The position numbers were made by a program, and so were the translations under genes. This document shows positions 50,255 through 53,687 of a stretch of 53,687 nucleotides of DNA, piece after piece. Under the pieces are notes generated by a model. It made no database searches. It was given only the letters and a program-made list of their open reading frames with translations, and was not told the origin of the DNA. Within the stretch, counting starts at the first letter, position 1. Each line of letters begins with the position of its first letter. The DNA is from Octopus sinensis (taxonomy: Eukaryota): assembly GCF_006345805.1 (NCBI RefSeq), contig NW_021833703.1, positions 1 through 53,687 of the forward strand, read 5' to 3'.

Positions 50255-50390
50255 TACGTGTCAGCAATGTGGATGATGTTGAAAACGGGTGCAGGGAGTT
50301 TTTGGTCTCTAAACCAGCCAAATGGTGTAAACGTGGAATCGAGCATTTCGCGCGACGATAGCAACAGACAATAAAATGTGATGTGATATA
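50255..50390 (+). pseudogene. Mariner transposase extreme C-terminal fragment
   Basis: VSNVDDVENGCREFLVSKPAKWCKRGIEHFARR resembles the mariner FFxSKPxEFYxxGIxxLxxRW motif. Confidence 0.6.
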
Positions 50391-50397
50391 GTCTTTT

Positions 50398-50777
50398 ACT
50401 CTTTTACTTTTTTCAGTCATTTGACTGCGGCCATGCTGGAGCACCACCTTTAGTCGAGCATATCGACCCCGGGACTTATTCTTTGTAAACCCAGTACTTA
50501 TCCTATCGGTCTCTTTTGCTGAACCGCTAAGTGACGGGGACGTAAACACACCAGCATCTGTTGTCAAGCAATGCTAGGGGGACAAACACAGACACACAAA
50601 CACACATATATATAGATATTTACGACGGGATTCTTTCAGTTTCCGTCTACCAAATCCTCTCACAAGGCTTTGGTCCGCCCGAGGCTATAGTAGAAGACAC
50701 TTGCCCAAGATGCCACGCAGTGGGACTGAACCCGGAACCGTGTGGTTGGTAAGCAAGCTACTTACCACACAGCCACT
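50398..50777 (-). mobile_element. SINE family B, full length
   Basis: Reverse tail to head CTTACCACACAGCCACTC. Confidence 0.93.
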
Positions 50778-50993
50778 CTTTGATAATTTGATTATCATCT
50801 CGCAACTTCAAGATAAGCAGATGCTCGGCTAGTGCCAAGTTGTAAGAAAGAACCTCGTGCACATAAAACTCACTGGTTGTTGCACAATATGCCCAGTTGG
50901 CAACATACATTAATGGCAACTGAGGTTGTAGAAGAATGCATGAGGCTACTAAAATGCCTGAAGGACCTCAAGATCTTGCAGTACCGTGTGAGT

Positions 50994-51249
50994 CAGTGGT
51001 TCTCAACCATTCTTTACCGATGAACCCATATGATTCCTGTTTTACTCGGGTGGACCCTCATATCCATTCCATGTTTAAAAAAACCCTATAGTATTTTTTA
51101 TAATTAAATACTATTAGGGCGTTTATCAAAAAAAATTGTTAAACCTTTTTGTGTACTGTAGAAGTATATCCAATTTATTGCACATAAAGTTTAAGAAATT
51201 CTTATATGGATCTTATAAGGGTCATATGGACCCCAGTTGAGGACTACTG
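50994..51249. mobile_element. hAT-like (Charlie/MER5-type) MITE
   Basis: Imperfect TIRs CAGTGGTTCTCAACC and AGTTGAGGACTACTG; no clear 8-bp TSD. Confidence 0.6.
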
Positions 51250-51657
51250 ATCCAAGCTAGTGGTTGACCGAGGCTTATAAAAAATCATACTAGTTGTTTG
51301 CTCTACAGCATGGCTTGTACTCCTGTATGAAGTTAAGGTGTTTCCATCTGCACCAGTTGTTCACATTGGCCTTCTGTCTCCACATACGAAGCCGTCAAAA
51401 TGAAAGTTACTTATTTCTTCCACGCCCTCTGTAAATTAAATGCGACTGCACTAAGAACCACACAAATTCGCACTCATGCATGCAGGTGTAAACTATCGGA
51501 TGGTCGTTGACTTCCCTGGATCCATACACCTCTTGAAAGTATCATATATTATGCTTCAAAGTGTCCAGTATCCTTCTGCTCACCAAGCAAATTTTATGGG
51601 GTTCCAGTCTAGTCGTAGATGTTATAAGCGTTTATTATAATAATAACTACAGCAACT

Positions 51658-52370
51658 GTAGGAGGCGCAATGACCCAGTGGTTAAGGCAGCGGACTCGCG
51701 GTCGGAAGATCGCAGTTTCCATTCCCAGACCGGGCGTTGTGTGTGTTTATTGAGCGAAAACACCTAAAGCTCCACGAGGCTCCAGCAGGGGATGATGGCG
51801 ACCCCTGTTGTACTCCTTCGCCCCAACTTTCTCTCACTCTTTCTTCCTATTTCTTGTCCCCGACTTCCTACGCAACCGCTGAGCCTGGATGCGCATTCAT
51901 CCATCCGTCGATGCTCTCGGTGTCGGGGGTTGATTTGCTTTCTCTTCTGCGGGTTTTACGAATAGCAAAGGACCACGTTTCGGAGTTCTCCCATCTTGCG
52001 AGCTCTGAGACGAAGACCGTTCGCTCAACAGCAACAGTAAGAGTTGTTGGTATCCTTTTGTCTCGGGAGAGAATGGAGTTGCGCATAAACTAATCCAGTC
52101 TGGTTTTTACATTCCATGTCCTCTCCAGTTTTCTCCCCAGTTTTGCGCAGGCCTGGGCTAGATGTAAGAAAATCCTGGGTAGCCAAATCGTCAGGATTCC
52201 CCTCTCAACTTTGCTGACGTAGTCCAAAGGAGTGCAGAGCATTATGTTTGGCACCAGCTTGGTTGCAGGATCTACCGGAAGAGTGTCGAGTCGAACACTA
52301 AACCGCCTATGGGGCTCCACTCCAGATTTCTTTGAAGGTTGTCTCCTTGCCAGTAAGAGTAATAATGACC
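51658..52370 (+). mobile_element. Long tRNA-headed element (family E) with a non-SINE, possibly RTE-5'UTR-like body
   Basis: GGAGGCGCAATGACCCAGTGGTTAAGGCAGCGGACTCGCGG (A box, tRNA-like), GTTTCCATTCCC (degenerate B box); ends in AGTAAGAGTAAT repeats. Confidence 0.6.
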
Positions 52371-53272
52371 AAAAGAACAGCTATAGAGTTAACCAACGAA
52401 ACGGCGTAACACTAATAACCACCAAACCAATAGCAACCAAAATAAGCAACTGTAATAACCATCACATGACAGTAATAACCACCAAAAACAACAACCACAG
52501 CAGTACCCATCACTCCACAGCAGTAATGATCACCAAAACAATAGTAATAATCACTGTCACAGCAAAGTAATACACTGAAGTAACAGTTATTACATGCACA
52601 CATAAAACACCGGTAATAACCACTGCAACATCAATAATAACCTCTACAACATCTGTGATAACCACTACCTCAGTAATCACCGTCGCTACCATAACCGCAA
52701 TAACCAAAGTAATGTCAGAAATAGCCACTACAAGTAATAACTACAACTAAAGAGGTGTTATTAATCCAAACTAGAGTAATAACAACATCAGTAATAACCA
52801 TAAAGTTATAATCAGAACACTATCAGTAATAATAATCAGTAGTAGCCACAATATTTGTAACGAGACTCATAATTAGCAGGACGACCATAGCAATAACCAC
52901 TACCTCCACCACATCACACCACCACCACCACAATAACTGTAATAATCACAATAACAACATGTACCACCACAGAAGTAATAACAAGAATCATAACAACAAC
53001 AGCAACAACAACAACAATGTTAATAACATCAAGGGTTAGAACTATCGATTCCAAGTAGTAAAAGAAATAATACTAAAAGAAAAGAGTGTCCAAGGTAGAG
53101 AGATCACGTGATTCATATTATCCAATAGTGTTTGTTGAATAATATTGATCACTGATGTGTCACTGTCTGTGTGTGTTCGGGTGGTGTGTAATACTGTGTG
53201 TGTGTGTGTATGAATGAGTTAGTCCCAATATGTGCTGTAGTAAGTGTTGTAGTGCGAGCAGATGCACGTGTG

Positions 53273-53310
<38 letters not shown>

Positions 53311-53687
53311 GTAATATCTGTTTGTTTGTGCGTGTTGTCGTGTGTGAGTATGTGTGTGCGTGTGTGTGTATGTGTATGTGTGTGTATGTGTGTGTGTATG
53401 TCTCTGTGTGTGTGTGTGTGTGTGTGTGAGGTAGCGTATAGGAAAGCGTGAGGCATGTAATGTGCATGCAGTCGTGTCTGTGTATGTGAAACGGGCGATG
53501 TGGTTTGTTGTAGTGTAGGTTGTAGTGTAGTATGTGTGTATGTGGTAGTATATGAGTGGTTGTGTATGGTAGCATTTGTGTAAGTATATGTGTATGTGGT
53601 AAGATGTATTATGTTGTATTGTGTCTAAGGTTGTGTGAGGCAGTGCATATATGGTAGTGTGTGTATGTGCTTGTATTTGGTGATATA
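52370..53687. repeat. Degenerate (AAT/AAC/ACC)n block with recurring AGTAATAACC (to about 53030), then degenerate (TG)n/(GTA)n
   Basis: Direct reading. Confidence 0.9.

Noticed and set aside
50780-51640. ORF 50832-51023 and flanking unique-looking sequence as a gene
   Set aside because: No recognisable motif; the ORF runs into the hAT MITE; probably an old unidentified TE
15825-51730. tRNA genes at SINE heads (e.g. 15825, 48088, 51658)
   Set aside because: A/B boxes are present but run into SINE bodies with no acceptor-stem closure or T-run terminator
52232-53030. Thr/Asn-rich mucin-like coding region
   Set aside because: Degenerate trinucleotide block with frequent TAA stops; no sustained frame or splice signals
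692-53575. The many [26 protein letters not shown] and poly-H/T/S ORFs in the track
   Set aside because: Direct translations of microsatellites, open in several frames and on both strands; no domain content

Overview
AT-rich, microsatellite-saturated animal non-coding DNA. The repeat families match my recollection of octopod cephalopod (Octopus-like) genomes; that assignment is inference, since no database search was possible. I find no confidently identifiable protein-coding gene. Almost all ORFs in the track are translations of (TA)n/(TG)n/(TATG)n/(GA)n/(CAC)n repeats. The window is best read as intergenic or a large intron, holding: about 25 tRNA-derived SINE copies of 3-4 families; decayed LINE fragments (CR1-like, RTE-like, possible RLE-type); Tigger/pogo, mariner and Tc1-like fossils; a hAT MITE; a Helentron/HINE-like element; and Penelope-like (PLE) flanking repeats. 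Most notable: (1) a minimal type-I hammerhead-ribozyme fold in a PLE-like repeat, present in two independent copies that both carry U instead of A at core position 6; (2) head-to-tail 184-bp SINE-derived tandem arrays; (3) a compact CRE/TATA/C/EBP motif cluster at about 20.6-21.1 kb. A few isolated exon candidates are listed at low confidence. Element boundaries are approximate (about +/-20 bp) unless motif coordinates are given.
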